Assembly (NCBI GenBank): GCA_963805625.1
Contig: CAWDVE010000004.1
Coordinates: 96,001 to 160,000 of the forward strand
Direction: 5' to 3'
Source: an uncultured Candidatus Rokubacteria bacterium
Lineage (GTDB): Bacteria; Methylomirabilota; Methylomirabilia; Rokubacteriales; DASRDR01
Length of the DNA: 64,000 bases
Positions 39,901-49,282 of the stretch are shown one piece after another (position 1 is the stretch's first letter; each line of letters opens with the position of its first letter). Made by a program: the position numbers and the translations under genes. The notes beneath the pieces were generated by a model. It ran no database searches. It was not told the origin of the DNA and was given only the letters and a program-made list of their open reading frames with translations.

Positions 39901-40490
39901 GCGTCGGCGAGCTGATCGACTACCAGGACGCCCGCTACGCGGCCGCGTACGTGGACTTCGTCCTCGACGTGGCCGCCCGCGAGGCGGCGCGTGCACCCAG
40001 GCGGCACGACGTCACCCACGCCGTGATCCGGAACCTCTACAAGCTCATGGCCTACAAGGACGAGTACGAGGTGGCGCGCCTCCACCTCAAGCCCGCGTTC
40101 GATGCCGGGACGCGCGGGCTCTTCGCCGCGCCGCGCCGGCTCTCCTGGCATTTCCATCCGCCGCTCCTGCGCGCGCTCGGTCTCAAGCGGAAGCTCCGGC
40201 TCGGGCCCTGGTTCCGCTACGTGCTCCGGGCCCTCCGGGCCCTCCGGCGGCTCCGGGGGACGCCGTACGATCCCTTCGGGTACGCGGCGGTGCGGCGGGA
40301 GGAGCGGCGCCTCGTGCCATGGTACCGAGGGCTCGTGGTGAAGGCGCTCGACGCCCCCGGCCCCGACGCGCACGCGGCCGCGATCGAGCTGGCGCGCCTG
40401 CCCGAGTCGATCCGCGGCTACGAGGACATCAAGCTCCGTAGCATCGCCCGCGCCCGCGAGCGGGCAGAACAGCTCGGGGTCAGACTTTGA
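36933..40490 (+). CDS. ior: Indolepyruvate ferredoxin oxidoreductase family protein (fused alpha/beta)
   Basis: FISGYPGSPLGG, NEELAATA, WYGKGPGVDR, YCSGCPHN, VCEGCGHC, GVGGTGV, LMAYKDEYEVARL, IRGYEDIK; last codons GVRL* lie inside the repeat arm. Confidence 0.93.
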   Translation: MDSVTTMPRSPDRLDLSLDDRYLRDEGAVYLSGMQALVRLAIDQSRRDRRADLRIGTFISGYPGSPLGGYDLALRQARRILTEHDIRHVPGANEELAATALSGTQMLDRYPHSRYDGVVGLWYGKGPGVDRSGDALKHGNFAGTSRHGAVVVLSGDDHEAKSSTMPYQDDYAFVGHGMPILYPASTGEFLTLGLHAIALSRFSGCWVVMKLVGQLADGGETVHVSRDDPGIVIPELLIDGKPFRKSTDFTFFPGLNIETERQLYYERHRAVLAYARANSLTWAEIGARGDRVGLVTAGKSYADLRQALLDLGLDEAALRRLGVRLLRVGLIYPLDADAMRAFARDLDEIVVVEEKRGFLEGQVKEALAGFPRGVRVLGKTDETGAPLFPIQGGMDSDVVAERLAPRLLRLAESQPDLTGRIRSRLDAIRAIRARPHEAHPGRTPNYCSGCPHNVGTRLLPGEVAWGSPGCHSFASIIEQPERHIVSMTQLGGEGLPWIGLAPYTDRPHIVQNVGDGSLFHSSYLNIRFCVAAGANITFKILYNGFVANTGAQEMVGGKPVPELTRMLELEGVRTTVVLTKDPDAYRGVELAGNARVEVIERQDAVLQELAATRGVTVLIHDGICANERRRRQKRGQLPASNRFVVINEEVCEGCGHCGALTNCMSLHRVETELGPKTQIHASSCNQDLSCLGGDCPSFVTVETAPGTGYRKPAAPVLPADAVPEPSDRVGLERPYHVYLPGVGGTGVITLNALLSWAALLDGLHVLSYDQTGAAQKWGPVLSSLILARPEHVAAANKVGLGQADLYLALDLLAAGTRVNLDRCDPVRTVAVVNASILPSGEMVRNVDFTPPVDAIRGQIDRFTRAAANVAVDARRLSEGLFDDYMATNMLVLGVAYQAGLLPLTGAAVEQAVRLNGVAVDQNLQAFRYGRLWAADPDRVRALVEPPARSFESERAAALERLGGRDASAYVSLLDRSAHLDPAARRLLALRVGELIDYQDARYAAAYVDFVLDVAAREAARAPRRHDVTHAVIRNLYKLMAYKDEYEVARLHLKPAFDAGTRGLFAAPRRLSWHFHPPLLRALGLKRKLRLGPWFRYVLRALRALRRLRGTPYDPFGYAAVRREERRLVPWYRGLVVKALDAPGPDAHAAAIELARLPESIRGYEDIKLRSIARARERAEQLGVRL

Positions 40491-40895
40491 CTTCTAGACA
40501 CTTGCCGAGGCACTCGGCCGACCAGGCGAGCTTCTCGTCGCGCGCCGGGCGGCGGGTGAGGCGTCCCACCGTCACGCTCAGGCTAGCGGGGTCGCGGCCG
40601 AGGGCCCGGGGGTGTGGCTCCAGTCCGGAGGAGCAGGTGGACGTGGTTCGGCATGAGGCAGTATGCGTGAACGTCAACCTCGTACCGTTCTCGATACAGC
40701 GCCAATCGGTGGAGATAGGCATCGTAGTCGGCTTTGCTGAGGAACGTCGGCTGGCGCTGGTTCCCGCGGGCGATGACGTGATAGAGGAGGCCGGGCGCAA
40801 AGAGCCTGGAGCGGCGAGCCATGCCTAAGAAGCACGGGGCGTGCCGGTCTGGTCCACGGGCTGCTGGCCATGTTTGGAAGTCAAAGTCTAACCCC
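40476..40895 (-). mobile_element. Inverted-repeat-bounded element carrying an internally deleted HUH/Y1 (RAYT-like) transposase
   Basis: Arm A GGGGTCAGACTTTGACTTCTAGACACTT (40476-40503) and inverted arm B CATGTTTGGAAGTCAAAGTCTAACCCC (40869-40895) enclose the transposase remnant. Confidence 0.85.
40480..40822 (-). pseudogene. Y1 (IS200-like/RAYT) transposase remnant: N-terminal HUH part joined out of frame to a C-terminal HTH-like tail
   Basis: MARRSRLFAPGLLYHVIARGNQRQPTF...HAYCLMPNHVHLLLRTGATP, then at about 40610 a second frame RALGRDPASLSVTVGRLTRR...KCLEVKV*; the catalytic Tyr region is missing. Confidence 0.88.
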
Positions 40896-41001
40896 GGTCG
40901 GGGGTGACCGGGGCGAAGAGCCGAGGACGTCGAGCCATCGCCCTCGACCAGAGGCCCGGGACGGGTGCGAGAGCACCCGTCGGGACTGGGACGAGGGTGA
41001 G

Positions 41002-41030
41002 GAAAATGTCGGGAAGTCAAAGTCTGTCCC
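41002..41030 (-). repeat. Third (unpaired) repeat arm C
   Basis: GAAAATGTCGGGAAGTCAAAGTCTGTCCC, reverse complement of the family consensus with few mismatches. Confidence 0.9.
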
Positions 41031-41034
41031 TGGT

Positions 41035-41063
41035 TTGACACTCTGCGTCGAGGGAAGTAGCAT
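41035..41063 (+). promoter_or_regulatory. Near-consensus sigma70 promoter of the TCA operon
   Basis: TTGACA-N17-TAGCAT upstream of aconitase. Confidence 0.7.
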
Positions 41064-41129
41064 GAGGGCGCGGTCGAGAGCGCCTCCTGTCCGGCTGGGC
41101 GGGAGGCGATTACTTTGGGGAGCCCTGCC

Positions 41130-43373
41130 ATGATTGACGCGATTCGCGCCCTCTACGCCTCGATGCCGGAGCGTCTCACCCGGGCCCGCCGCGACTGGAA
41201 CCGCCCCCTCACGTTGAGCGAGAAGATCCTGGTCGCCCACGTCCACGACTGGAATGCCCAGGCCTGGGAGCGGGGCACGGCCACCCTCCGGCTTCGCGTC
41301 GACCGCGTGGCGATGCAGGACGCAACCGGCCAGATGGCACTGCTCCAGTTCATGCAGGCCGACAAGGCCCGGGTCGCCGTTCCCTCGACGGTCCACTGCG
41401 ACCACCTGATCCGCGCGCAGACGGGCGCGTCGGAGGACATGCGCCGGGCGGTGACCGAGAACAACGAGGTCTACGAGTTTCTCCACTCGGCCTCGAAGAA
41501 GTACGGGATCGGCTTCTGGAAGCCGGGCTCGGGGATCATCCACCAGGTGGTCCTGGAGAACTACGCGTTCCCGGGCGGCCTCATGATCGGCGCCGACTCC
41601 CACACCCCGAACGGGGGCGGTCTCGGCATGCTGGCCATCGGCGTCGGGGGAGTTGACTGCGGCGAGGTCATGGCCGGGCTGCCGTGGGAGGTGCTCCACC
41701 CGAAGCTCGTGGGCGTGCATCTCACGGGGAGGCTGTCCGGATGGACGTCGCCCAAGGACGTGATCACGTACCTCTGCGGGTTCCTTACGGTCAAGGGCGG
41801 CACCAACAAGATCGTCGAGTACTTCGGCCCCGGGGCCGCGTCGATCAGCGCGACCGGCAAGGGCACCATCTGCAACATGGGGGCGGAGCTGGGCGCCACC
41901 ACCTCCGTGTTCCCCTTTGATGAGCGGATGGCCGCGTACCTCGAGGCGACGGAGCGGCGCGACGTCGCGCGGCTCGCTGCCCAGAACCACGCGCACCTCG
42001 TCCCCGACCCGGAGGTCCTCCGGAACCCCAAGGACTTCTACGACGAGATCGTCGAGATCGACCTTTCCACGCTCGAGCCCCACATCGTGGGCCCGCACTC
42101 GCCGGATCGGGACCGGCCGGTCTCGAAGCTTGCCGCCGACGTCCGCGCGAACGGCTGGCCGGCCGGCATCAAGGCGGCGCTCATCGGGTCGTGCACCAAC
42201 TCGTCGTACGAGGACATGCGGCGTGCCGCCCACATCGCGATGCAGGGCATCAAGGCGGGGCTCCGGGCGCGGACGCCGTTCCTAATCACGCCCGGCTCCG
42301 AGCGCATTCACCAGACGATCAAGCGCGACGGGATCATGGCCACGTTCGAGCAGATGGGCGGCACGGTGCTCGCCAACGCGTGCGGGCCGTGCATCGGCCA
42401 GTGGAAGCGGTCCGACGTCGGCAAGGACGAGGCGAACACCATCGTCTCGTCGTTCAACCGGAACTTTCCGGGGCGGAACGACGGCAGCCAGGCGACGCTG
42501 TCCTTTCTCAGCAGCCCGGAGATCGTGACCGCCCTCGCCTTTGCGGGCACCCTCGAGTTCGATCCGGTCCACGGGACCCTGACGGCGCCTGACGGGAAGG
42601 CGTTCCGCTTCACGCCGCCCGAGGGCGAGGAGCTACCGCGGGACGGCTTCGCGCGCGGCGAGGAGGGCTACGAGGCGCCCGCCGCGGACGGCGCCGCAGT
42701 CCAGGTCGTCGTGCGGCCGGACAGCGAGCGGCTCCAGCTGCTCCGGCCCTTCCCGCGCTGGGACGGGAAGGACTTCGACCGCCTGCCGATCCTCGTCAAG
42801 ACCAAGGGCAAGACGACGACCGACCACATCTCGCCGGCGGGAGCGTGGCTGCGCTACCGCGGCCACCTCGACAAGATCAGCGACAACATGTTCATCGGCG
42901 CGCTCAACGGGTTCACCGGGGAGACCGGCAAGGGCGTCAACGTGCTGACCAGCGAGGCCGGGGTGCCGCTCACGCGGATCGCGCGCGACTGGAAGGCCAG
43001 GGGCGTGAGCTGGATCGTGGTCGGCGACGAGAACTACGGGGAGGGGTCGAGCCGGGAGCACGCGGCCATGTCCCCCCGCTACCTCGGCGCGAAGATGGTC
43101 CTCGTCAAGAGCTTCGCGCGCATCCACGAGACGAATCTGAAGAAGCAGGGGATCCTGCCCCTGACGTTCGCGAGCCCCAAGGACTACGACCTGTTCGAGC
43201 AGGCGGACAGGGTGAGCGTGGTCGGCCTCCAGGCCCTGGCGCCGGGCCGGCCGGTCGAGGTTCGCATCCGCAAGCCGGATGGCCGTACCATCACGATCCA
43301 GGCCCGCCACAGCCTGACCGAGGAGCACATCGGCTGGTTTCGCGCCGGGTCGGCGCTGAACGCGCTCTCGTAG
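41130..43373 (+). CDS. acnA: Aconitate hydratase (mitochondrial-like type)
   Basis: DRVAMQDATGQ, HCDHLI, GADSHTPNGGG, IGSCTNSSYED, ANACGPCIG, TTDHISPAG, NYGEGSSREHAA. Confidence 0.96.
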   Translation: MIDAIRALYASMPERLTRARRDWNRPLTLSEKILVAHVHDWNAQAWERGTATLRLRVDRVAMQDATGQMALLQFMQADKARVAVPSTVHCDHLIRAQTGASEDMRRAVTENNEVYEFLHSASKKYGIGFWKPGSGIIHQVVLENYAFPGGLMIGADSHTPNGGGLGMLAIGVGGVDCGEVMAGLPWEVLHPKLVGVHLTGRLSGWTSPKDVITYLCGFLTVKGGTNKIVEYFGPGAASISATGKGTICNMGAELGATTSVFPFDERMAAYLEATERRDVARLAAQNHAHLVPDPEVLRNPKDFYDEIVEIDLSTLEPHIVGPHSPDRDRPVSKLAADVRANGWPAGIKAALIGSCTNSSYEDMRRAAHIAMQGIKAGLRARTPFLITPGSERIHQTIKRDGIMATFEQMGGTVLANACGPCIGQWKRSDVGKDEANTIVSSFNRNFPGRNDGSQATLSFLSSPEIVTALAFAGTLEFDPVHGTLTAPDGKAFRFTPPEGEELPRDGFARGEEGYEAPAADGAAVQVVVRPDSERLQLLRPFPRWDGKDFDRLPILVKTKGKTTTDHISPAGAWLRYRGHLDKISDNMFIGALNGFTGETGKGVNVLTSEAGVPLTRIARDWKARGVSWIVVGDENYGEGSSREHAAMSPRYLGAKMVLVKSFARIHETNLKKQGILPLTFASPKDYDLFEQADRVSVVGLQALAPGRPVEVRIRKPDGRTITIQARHSLTEEHIGWFRAGSALNALS

Positions 43374-43452
43374 GCTCGTCCGGGCGACGCCCACCGCGGC
43401 TCGATCGGAGAACCGGATGGTGCGGGCGGCGCCCGTGCCCTGAGGAGGCAGC

Positions 43453-44706
43453 ATGCCAGGTCGCGTGAGAATCCCCACCGGCGAGAAGATCGCCCTCTCC
43501 CACGGAAAGCTGCAGGTTCCCGACCACCCGGTCGTGCCCTTCATCGAGGGTGACGGTACGGGCCCCGACATTTGGCGCGCCTCCGTGCGGGTGCTGGACG
43601 CCGCCGTCGAGCAGGCCTACGGCGGTAAGCGCCGGATCGCCTGGGCCGAGGTGTACGCGGGCGAGAAGGCGCACGCGGTCTACGGCGCGGACTGCCCGCC
43701 GAACCTCCTGCCGTCCGAGACCCTGGACGTGATCCGGGAGTACCTGGTCGCGATCAAGGGGCCGCTCACGACCCCGGTCGGCGAGGGCTTCCGGAGTCTC
43801 AACGTCACGCTCCGCCAGGAGCTCGACCTCTACGTCTGCCTTCGCCCGGTGAAGTACTTCCGGGGCGTGCCGTCGCCGGTCAAGCGGCCGGAATCGGTGG
43901 ACATGGTGATCTTCCGCGAGAACACGGAGGACATCTACGTCGGCGTCGAGTGGCTCACGGGGACGCCCGAGTGCCAGAGGGTCGTCGACTTCCTGACGCG
44001 CGACATGGGCGTGAAGAAGATCCGGTTCCCCAAGACCTCGTCGATCGGGATCAAGCCGGTGTCGATCGAGGGATCGGAGCGGCTCATCCGGGCGGCGATC
44101 CGGTACGCGATCGAGCATAACCGCCGGAACGTGACCCTCGTCCACAAGGGGAACATCCAGAAGTTCACCGAAGGGATGTTCATGAAGTGGGGCTACGGGC
44201 TCGCCAAGCGCGAGTTTCCCGACCGGACCGTGTCCTGGGAGGAGTGCGGCGGGAAGCCGCCGGCGGGCAAGCTCCTGATCAAGGACGCGATCACGGACGC
44301 CTTCCTCCAGCAGATCCTCACGCGGCCCGACGAGTTCGACGTCATCGCGGCGCCCAATCTCACGGGCGACCTCCTGTCGGATGCACTCGCGGCCCAGGTG
44401 GGCGGGATCGGGATCGCGCCGGGCGGGAACATCAACTACGAGACGGGCCACGCCCTCTTCGAGGCGACGCACGGGACCGCGCCGAAGTACGCGGGCCAGG
44501 ACAAGGTGAACCCGGGCTCCGTGATCCTCTCGGGTGAGATGATGCTCCGTTACATGGGCTGGGCCGACGCGGCCGACCGGATCGTCAAGGGCCTGGAGGC
44601 GACGATCGCCCAGAAGGTGGTGACCTACGACTTCGCCCGCCTGATGGACGGGGCGAGGGAGGTCAAGTGCTCCGAGTTCGCCACCGCCATCGTGGAGAAC
44701 ATGCGC

Positions 44707-44721
<15 letters not shown>
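43453..44721 (+). CDS. icd: Isocitrate dehydrogenase (NADP-type dimeric family)
   Basis: [51 protein letters not shown]. Confidence 0.96.
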
Positions 44722-45786
<1,065 letters not shown>

Positions 45787-45797
45787 GAGGGCACGCG

Positions 45798-46643
45798 GTG
45801 GCGGCACCGGGTCATCAGGCGCATGCGACGGGCACGGGAATCACGGCGACCCGCCTCCCGGCGGCGAACGGGCGGATCCGTGTCGAGGGCCCGATCCGCT
45901 GGGACACGTGGTGGGTCGAGCCGGCCCTGATCGTGCTGGTGCTGGGCGCCTTCATCGTCTACTCGACGTGGGCGGCGCTCCAGAACGCCCACTACTACGC
46001 GGCGCCGTACCTCTCGCCCTTCTATTCGCCGTGCCTCTCGACCGACTGCCAGCACGTCACCGTGCCCCTGTTCGGCAAGATGCCGGCGCTCCCGATCCTG
46101 GGGGTCGTCTCACCCGCCTTCCTGATCCTCTGGGCCCCGGGGCTGTTCCGGCTGACCTGCTACTACTACCGCAAGGCCTACTACCGGTCGTTCTGGGCCG
46201 CGCCGCCGGCGTGCGCGGTAAGCGACATCCGCCCGACCTACACGGGGGAGACGCGCTTCCCGCTGATCTTCCAGAACCTCCACCGCTATGCGTTCTACTT
46301 GGCGGTGCTCTTCATCGTGGTCCTGGCCTACGATGCGCTCCTGGCATTCCGGTTCCCGGGCGGGCGAGTCGGGGTCGGTGTGGGGACGCTCGTGATGTGT
46401 CTCAACGTGATCTTGCTCGCTGGCTACACGTTCTCGTGCCACAGCTGTCGTCATCTCTGCGGCGGATCGGTCAACCAGTTCTCGAAGGCGCCGAGCCGCT
46501 ACGCCCTGTGGAAGGTCGTCACCCGCCTGAACGAGCGGCACCCGACCTTCGCGTGGCTTTCGCTGTTCGCCGTCGGACTGACCGACCTCTACATCCGGCT
46601 GGTGTCGATGGGGGTCATCCGGGACCTCCGCATCGTCTTCTGA
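45798..46643 (+). CDS. sdhC: Succinate dehydrogenase membrane anchor, Sdh1 (Rv0249c-like) type
   Basis: YLSPFYSPC, FRLTCYYYRKAYYRSFW, YTGETRFPL, CHSCRHLCGG; GGAGG RBS; precedes sdhAB. Confidence 0.85.
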   Translation: MAAPGHQAHATGTGITATRLPAANGRIRVEGPIRWDTWWVEPALIVLVLGAFIVYSTWAALQNAHYYAAPYLSPFYSPCLSTDCQHVTVPLFGKMPALPILGVVSPAFLILWAPGLFRLTCYYYRKAYYRSFWAAPPACAVSDIRPTYTGETRFPLIFQNLHRYAFYLAVLFIVVLAYDALLAFRFPGGRVGVGVGTLVMCLNVILLAGYTFSCHSCRHLCGGSVNQFSKAPSRYALWKVVTRLNERHPTFAWLSLFAVGLTDLYIRLVSMGVIRDLRIVF

Positions 46644-46668
46644 CCAGGGGACGGGGCAGGGAGCGCGT

Positions 46669-48474
46669 ATGAGCGGGCTGGAGCAGCACGAGGTCCACGA
46701 GTACGACGTCGTCGTGATCGGCGCGGGCGGGGCCGGCCTCCGGGCGGCGATCGAGGCGGTCGCCCAGGGCGCGCGGACGGCCATCATCTGCAAGTCGCTC
46801 CTCGGCAAGGCGCACACGGTCATGGCCGAGGGGGGAATCGCCGCCGCGCTCCGGAACGTGTACCCCGAGGACAGCTGGGAAGTCCATTTCCGCGACACCA
46901 TGCGCGGCGGGAAGATGCTCAACAACTGGCGCATGGCGCAGCTCCACGCCCAGGAGTCGCCGGATCGGGTCCTCGAGCTCGAGCGCTGGGGCGCGCTGTT
47001 CGACCGGACCAAGGACGGGCGCATCCTCCAGCGGGACTTCGGCGGCCACCGCTACGCGCGGCTGGCCCACGTCGGGGACCGGACCGGGCTCGAGATGATC
47101 CGGACGCTCCAGCAGCACGCCGTCCACCTGGGCATCGACGTCTTCATGGAGTGCACCGTCAACCGGCTCCTCAAGGACGGCGACCGGGTGGCCGGCGCGG
47201 TCGCCTACTGGCGCCAGAGCGGGAAATTCGTCGTGTTCAAGGCGCCGGCGGTCGTGCTTGCCACCGGCGGGATCGGCAAGTCGTACGCGATCACGTCGAA
47301 CTCCTGGGAGTACACGGGCGACGGCCACGCGATGGCGCTCCGCGCCGGCGCGGATCTCATCGACATGGAATGCGTCCAGTTCCACCCGACTGGAATGGTC
47401 TGGCCCCCCAGCGTGCGCGGCCTCCTCGTGACGGAAGGCGTGCGGGGCGACGGCGGGACGCTCCGGAACAGCAAGGGCGAACGGTTCATGTTCCGCTACA
47501 TCCCAGATTTCTTCAAGGCGGAGACGGCGGACAACGAGGCCGAGGCCGACCGGTGGTACGAGGACAAGAAGAACCGCCGGACGCCGGACCTCCTGCCGCG
47601 GGATGAGGTCGCCCGGGCGATCAACGCCGAGGTCAAGGGCGGCCGCGGCAGCCCCCACGGCGGCGTGTTCCTGGACATCGCCACGCGCCGCTCGCCCGAC
47701 TACATCCGGCGCCGCCTGCCCTCCATGTACCACCAGTTCAAGGAGCTGGCGGGTGTCGACATCACCAAGGATCCGATGGAGGTCGGTCCGACCTGTCACT
47801 ACGTGATGGGCGGCGTCCGGGTGGATGCCGACACGACCGCGGCCATCGGGCTGGCCGGGCTCTTCGCCGCTGGCGAGGTGGCGGGCGGCATGCATGGCTC
47901 GAACCGCCTGGGCGGCAACTCGCTCTCGGACCTCCTCGTGTTCGGCCGCCGTGCCGGACACTACGCGGCCGAGCACGCCCGCGCCTCCAAGGGGACGCTG
48001 GCCATCGACGCGCGTCAGGTCCAGGCGGCCGTCCAGGAGGTCATGGCGCCGGTCGAGCGCAAGACCGGCGAGAACCCGTACGAGATCCAGAGGGACCTCC
48101 AGCAGCTCATGCACACCCTGGTCGGCATCATCCGGACCGAGTCGGAGCTGAAGGAGGCCCTCGTCCAGATCGGCCGCCTCGAGGAACGGGCCGCCCGGGT
48201 GCGCGTCGAGGGCAGCCTCACCTACAACCCGGGCTGGCACCTGGCCCTCGACCTCCAGAACCTTCTCGCGGTCTCCGGCGCGATTGCCCTGGCGGCGCTC
48301 GAGCGGAAGGAGAGCCGGGGCGGCCACACCCGCGACGACTACCCGAAGCCGGATCCGAAGCTCGCCAAGGTCAATATCGTGGTGCGGATGAAGGACGGGG
48401 AACTCAGCGTGACCCCGGAGCCGCTGCCGGCGATGCCGCCGGAGCTGCAGAAGCTCTTCGAGGAGAAGAAATGA
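46669..48474 (+). CDS. sdhA: Succinate dehydrogenase/fumarate reductase flavoprotein
   Basis: GAGGAGLRAA, KAHTVMAEGG (covalent-FAD His), QFHPTG, TEGVRGDGG, HGSNRLGGNSL, ESRGGH. Confidence 0.96.
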   Translation: MSGLEQHEVHEYDVVVIGAGGAGLRAAIEAVAQGARTAIICKSLLGKAHTVMAEGGIAAALRNVYPEDSWEVHFRDTMRGGKMLNNWRMAQLHAQESPDRVLELERWGALFDRTKDGRILQRDFGGHRYARLAHVGDRTGLEMIRTLQQHAVHLGIDVFMECTVNRLLKDGDRVAGAVAYWRQSGKFVVFKAPAVVLATGGIGKSYAITSNSWEYTGDGHAMALRAGADLIDMECVQFHPTGMVWPPSVRGLLVTEGVRGDGGTLRNSKGERFMFRYIPDFFKAETADNEAEADRWYEDKKNRRTPDLLPRDEVARAINAEVKGGRGSPHGGVFLDIATRRSPDYIRRRLPSMYHQFKELAGVDITKDPMEVGPTCHYVMGGVRVDADTTAAIGLAGLFAAGEVAGGMHGSNRLGGNSLSDLLVFGRRAGHYAAEHARASKGTLAIDARQVQAAVQEVMAPVERKTGENPYEIQRDLQQLMHTLVGIIRTESELKEALVQIGRLEERAARVRVEGSLTYNPGWHLALDLQNLLAVSGAIALAALERKESRGGHTRDDYPKPDPKLAKVNIVVRMKDGELSVTPEPLPAMPPELQKLFEEKK

Positions 48475-49244
48475 AGCGCCAGACGGTCGCCAGCGGGTCG
48501 ACGCGCGAGGTCACGATGCACGTCTTCCGCGGCGACGCGGAGGGCGGAGAGTTCCGCGAGTACCGGGTGCCCCTCGAGGAGGGGATGGTCGTCCTGGACG
48601 TCGTCCACCGGATCCAGGGAAGCCAGGCGAACGACCTCGCGGTCCGCTGGAACTGCAAGGCCGGCAAGTGCGGGTCGTGCAGCGCCGAGGTCAACGGGAA
48701 GCCGCGGCTCATGTGCATGACCCGGATGGAGATCTTTCCCGCGGGCGAGCCCATCACCGTGGCGCCGCTCAAGACGTTCCCCCTGGTCAAAGACCTGGTC
48801 ACCGACGTGTCGTTCAACTACGAGGCGGCGAAGCAGATCCCGGCGTTCCGGCCCCGGCCGCCGGAGCCCGACGGCACCTATCGGATGATGCAGGAAGACA
48901 TCGACCGCGGGCAGGAGTTCCGGAAGTGCATCGAGTGCTTTCTCTGCCAGGACGTCTGTCACGTGATCCGGGACCATGAGGAGAACAAGCCGGGGTTCTT
49001 CGGGCCCCGCTTCTTCGTGCGGCTGGCTGAGCTGGACATGCACCCGCTCGACACCCAGGACCGCCGCGAGCTCGTCCGGGCGCGCGCGGGCATCGGCTTC
49101 TGCAACATCACGAAGTGCTGCACCGAGGTCTGTCCCGAGCACATCAAGATCACGGACAATGCGATCATCCCGCTGAAGGAGCGCGTGGTCGACGACCACT
49201 ACGATCCCGTCATGTGGGTGGTCCGGAAGCTGGGCGGGAAGTAG
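48471..49244 (+). CDS. sdhB: Succinate dehydrogenase/fumarate reductase Fe-S subunit
   Basis: CKAGKCGSC..LMC; CIECFLCQDVC; CNITKCCTEVC. Confidence 0.96.
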   Translation: MKRQTVASGSTREVTMHVFRGDAEGGEFREYRVPLEEGMVVLDVVHRIQGSQANDLAVRWNCKAGKCGSCSAEVNGKPRLMCMTRMEIFPAGEPITVAPLKTFPLVKDLVTDVSFNYEAAKQIPAFRPRPPEPDGTYRMMQEDIDRGQEFRKCIECFLCQDVCHVIRDHEENKPGFFGPRFFVRLAELDMHPLDTQDRRELVRARAGIGFCNITKCCTEVCPEHIKITDNAIIPLKERVVDDHYDPVMWVVRKLGGK

Positions 49245-49282
49245 AGACCTGACCTCGCGGGTCATCGAGCTGCGGCGCCCCC

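Noticed and set aside
49245-49265. AGACCTGACCTC after the sdhB stop (also TCTGACC at about 46639) as degenerate repeat arms
   Set aside because: Matches are too short; TGACC around stop codons is frequent throughout the window.
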